Source: Chthonomonadales bacterium (GTDB lineage Bacteria; Armatimonadota; Chthonomonadetes; Chthonomonadales; CAJBBX01). Taken from it: DNA of 64,000 nucleotides. Of the stretch, positions 61,233 to 64,000 are shown in pieces; position 1 is the first letter of the stretch; the number at the start of each line of letters is the position of its first letter. Both the position numbers and the translations under genes were made by a program. Below the pieces are notes generated by a model. The model saw only the letters and a list, made by a program, of their open reading frames with translations, ran no database searches and was not told the origin of the DNA. Location of the stretch: NCBI GenBank assembly GCA_037443035.1, contig JBBIPC010000013.1:9736-73735 (forward strand), given 5' to 3'.

Positions 61233-62418
61233 GGCCGTGGGGTTGCGGGTACCTGCCGCACGGGCCGGCTGGGCACTGGCAGCATGCGCGTGTCTGCTCA
61301 CGCTGGCTGGCGCCGGTTTGACTACGTCCGAGGACGGTCGTGGTGTGGACCGGACCAGCCTCTGGAAGCGCAGCGGTCGCAACCTGATCTATGGCTTCGG
61401 CAACATGTACAACCTCCACGTGCTGGACACGCCCGAGCGCCCCTATCGGTACCGTGGCTGGTTCTTTGGATGGGCGGTGAAAGACTGCAACCGCCACATC
61501 CCCGGCTACGAAGGCTGCGATGCCATCTTCGCAGCGCGAGCACGCAGCTTGGACGGTCCGTGGGAAGTCTACTGCGGCGACGGGAAGTGGGACGCAACTA
61601 TGACAGCGGCGCGATGGCGCCCCGTTTTCCATCCGCAGAAGGAGATCTACGACTCTTGGCACAACGGAGACCCAAGCGTCGTTCGCGTGGGGAAGCGCTA
61701 CTATATGGCCTACAGCTCCGTAGGCCATAACCAGGACGGCGTCCCGTTCGGCCTTCCGGGCGATCGGGACGGAAGCCTGCTCTGCATCATGGGTGCCGTC
61801 TCCGACGATGGCCTTCGCTGGACGCGCTCCAGGGCTCCCATCCTCATGCACGCGCAGGACGTCGGCGCTCCTCACGTGACCGGCGGCGAGGCCCACTTGT
61901 ATGGGTCCTACCACCGTCCGTCGTTGCTCTACGAGCACGGGCGCTTCCGCCTCTGGTTCGACTACTGGGCTGGCGACCGAGATGGGACCTCCATGGGCTA
62001 TGCGGAGTGCAAAGGCGACTTCCTGAACCCATCTGACTGGCGAGCGATACGGGCCGGCGCCACGCCGGTGCTGCGGCAGTTCCCTAACCCTGACGTCGTG
62101 CGTGTCGGCAACCTGCTCTATGCGTACGGGGATCCCCCCGAAGGATCGAACCATCCATGGCTGGCGCGAAAGATCACGGAAGCTGTATCGCAAGATGGCC
62201 TTAGCTGGACGATCCTCGGTCATGTGAAGCCCGAGTCCGATGCTGCAGCTCTCCATGTGCCTGAGGCATTCGTCGAGCGCGTTGGGCTCGGCTGGAAGAT
62301 CCACCTCTTCTACGCGTGCCAGATCGGTGGTGAACCCTACGACTACCGCTACGACCGCATCCGTCGCATGGAGAGGGTCGTCGGTCGGGAGACCGAAGCA
62401 CCGGCGAGAGCGCGCTGA
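61219..62418 (+). CDS. Secreted five-bladed beta-propeller glycoside hydrolase-like protein (GH43/32-like)
   Basis: Signal peptide; GDPSVV, YYMAYS, SDDGLRW, HRPSLL, NPDVV, SQDGLSW. Confidence 0.75.
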   Translation: MMRNRAVGLRVPAARAGWALAACACLLTLAGAGLTTSEDGRGVDRTSLWKRSGRNLIYGFGNMYNLHVLDTPERPYRYRGWFFGWAVKDCNRHIPGYEGCDAIFAARARSLDGPWEVYCGDGKWDATMTAARWRPVFHPQKEIYDSWHNGDPSVVRVGKRYYMAYSSVGHNQDGVPFGLPGDRDGSLLCIMGAVSDDGLRWTRSRAPILMHAQDVGAPHVTGGEAHLYGSYHRPSLLYEHGRFRLWFDYWAGDRDGTSMGYAECKGDFLNPSDWRAIRAGATPVLRQFPNPDVVRVGNLLYAYGDPPEGSNHPWLARKITEAVSQDGLSWTILGHVKPESDAAALHVPEAFVERVGLGWKIHLFYACQIGGEPYDYRYDRIRRMERVVGRETEAPARAR

Positions 62419-62520
62419 CAGCCTCCCCTAGTTGGTTCCGTTACCGGTATCCGCCGATCGCCTGCAGTGACGGCTCGTGGAGCCGCAGTGCGACCGGCGG
62501 ATACGCAACGCAATGCCGCT

Positions 62521-63681
62521 CTACGCTTCCGGCTTGACCCAGGAGCGATTCTGAGCCGAAACCTCCACCGCTTCCAGCACAGCCTGGTTCTTGACACCGT
62601 CCACCCAGTTGGGCGAGGCGGGCTGGCCAGCGGCCATGGCGTCCATGAGCTTCTTCACCAGGTTGATGAACGTGTGTTCGTAGCCGATGATGTGCGCTAC
62701 GGGCCAGTAGTCGCCGGTGAACGGATGGCAGCCGTCGGTGGTTTGGACCAGGCGGAAGCCACGGACCTCCGGCGGATCGTCGTGGAAGTAGACCTCCAGC
62801 TCGTTCATCCGCTCCAGGTTGAAGACGATGCTTCCCTTGGAGCCGTTGATCTCCCAGCGCTGGTGGTTCTTGCGTCCGGCGCAAAAGCGGCTGGCCTCGA
62901 AGGTGCCCACGGCGCCGTTGGCGAAGCGAGCCATGAAGATGGAGCTGTCGTCCACGGTCACCTCGGCCATCTCCGTGGAGGCTTTGCCGCCCAGCCGGTC
63001 GTCGAACTCGGCCAGCTTGGGGCGCTGCTTGATGAACGTATCCAGCATGCCGTTCACCTCGGCGATCTCGCCCACCAGCCAGCGGGCCGTGTCGATGAGG
63101 TGCGCCGCCAGGTCTCCGTGGGAGCCTGAACCCGCCACGCTCTTGTCGAGGCGCCAGACCACGGGGAAGTTGGGGTCCAGAATCCAGTCCTGCAGGTAGA
63201 CCCCCCGGAAGTGGTAGATCTTGCCGATCTTGCCCTCCTCGATGAGCTGCTTGGCCAGGGAGACCGCCGGAGCGTAGCGGTAGTTGTGGCAGATGGCGTG
63301 GGTGATGCCGGCCTCCTCGGCCGCCGCGAGCATCCGCTTGGCGTCCGCCAGGCTTGTGGCCAGCGGCTTCTCGCAGAGGACCGCCTTGCCCGCTTTGGCA
63401 GCCGCGATGGCGATCTCCGCGTGGGCGTTATTGGCCGTGGTCACGTCCACCAGGTCGATGTCCGGTCGGGCGATGACCTCTTCGTAATCCGTCGAGTACT
63501 CCTGCCATCCGTACTTGTCGCGCATGGCCTTCACGCGCTCTTCGGTGCGCCCGCAGATGACCTTGAGCACCGGTTCGTACGGCGTATCGAAGAAGCGCGC
63601 GACCTGGCGCCATGCGTTGCTGTGCGCCTTGCCCATGAACGAGTAGCCGATCAGGGCGATGTTGAGCTTGGGTTTGGCCAT
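62521..63681 (-). CDS. Gfo/Idh/MocA family oxidoreductase
   Basis: IGYSFMGKAHS, VLCEKPLA, YLQDW, GSHGDLAAHLID; AAGGAGG RBS. Confidence 0.94.
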   Translation of the reverse strand: MAKPKLNIALIGYSFMGKAHSNAWRQVARFFDTPYEPVLKVICGRTEERVKAMRDKYGWQEYSTDYEEVIARPDIDLVDVTTANNAHAEIAIAAAKAGKAVLCEKPLATSLADAKRMLAAAEEAGITHAICHNYRYAPAVSLAKQLIEEGKIGKIYHFRGVYLQDWILDPNFPVVWRLDKSVAGSGSHGDLAAHLIDTARWLVGEIAEVNGMLDTFIKQRPKLAEFDDRLGGKASTEMAEVTVDDSSIFMARFANGAVGTFEASRFCAGRKNHQRWEINGSKGSIVFNLERMNELEVYFHDDPPEVRGFRLVQTTDGCHPFTGDYWPVAHIIGYEHTFINLVKKLMDAMAAGQPASPNWVDGVKNQAVLEAVEVSAQNRSWVKPEA

Positions 63682-63815
63682 AGAGCAACCTCCTTGCCAT
63701 GCGTGCGATGATGTCTTCTTCGCACGGTTCTCTACGACGAGGACTTCGCTACTTATGTACCACGTCCGCCGCCACAGTTCCTTCCGGGTGTACCCGGAAC
63801 AGTGCAGGGGTAAGT

Positions 63816-64000
63816 TCTGGGCAGGCGCGGCGTTCATGGGCAGGCGCGAGGACCAGGGCAGGCACAGGGGCCTGCCCCTACGGTGGGTTTATCGGTCGTT
63901 GCCGACATCGCAGGGGCGGCCCCCCGTGGCCGCCCCAACAGGGGGTCTGGGCAGGCGCGGCGTTCATGGGCAGGCGCGAGGACCAGGGCAGGCACAGGGG
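63816..64000. repeat. GTAG-type REP/BIME array, 130 bp period, truncated by window end
   Basis: 55 bp direct repeat at 63816-63870 and 63946-64000; minus-strand GTAGGGGCAGGCCCCTGTGCCTGCCC at 63856-63881; plus-strand GCAGGGGCGGCC...GGCCGCCC at 63910-63935. Confidence 0.88.

Noticed and set aside
58630..62304. 431-aa and 462-aa minus-strand ORFs
   Set aside because: Antisense to ftsK and to well-supported downstream genes; no recognisable motifs

Overview
GC-rich, gene-dense bacterial chromosomal window with about 50 CDS. I saw no rRNA, tRNA, CRISPR array, transposase or prophage. A DUF1559 prepilin-like gene with an H-X9-DG tail, a variant PEP-CTERM gene, a DUF6785-like transporter, many large secreted carbohydrate-active enzymes and scattered housekeeping genes suggest Armatimonadota (inference, no search run). 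Housekeeping genes: atpG (alone, opposite strand to atpD-atpC), nusB-folD, hisG-ruvA, serC, recR, gmhA-gmhB, dciA-like, ftsK, comF. Accessory genes: GH36, GH127, GH78, a beta-helix protein, a beta-propeller glycosidase, an FGGY kinase, two HEXXH proteins, a lysozyme-like protein and an MNT-HEPN toxin-antitoxin pair. Most notable observations: (1) an LLRP(A/V)xRP / LLRPAS motif near the C-terminus of two unrelated proteins, three times in one of them; (2) two unrelated families of REP/BIME-like palindromic repeats; (3) a DUF1559 gene followed by a strong hairpin and two small single-TM genes; (4) a HEPN toxin with Arg at the catalytic His position; (5) a 5'-nucleotidase apparently broken by an internal deletion; (6) a split ATP synthase operon; (7) several apparently leaderless genes; (8) a NusB of about twice the usual length. 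All product calls come from recognising motifs by eye.
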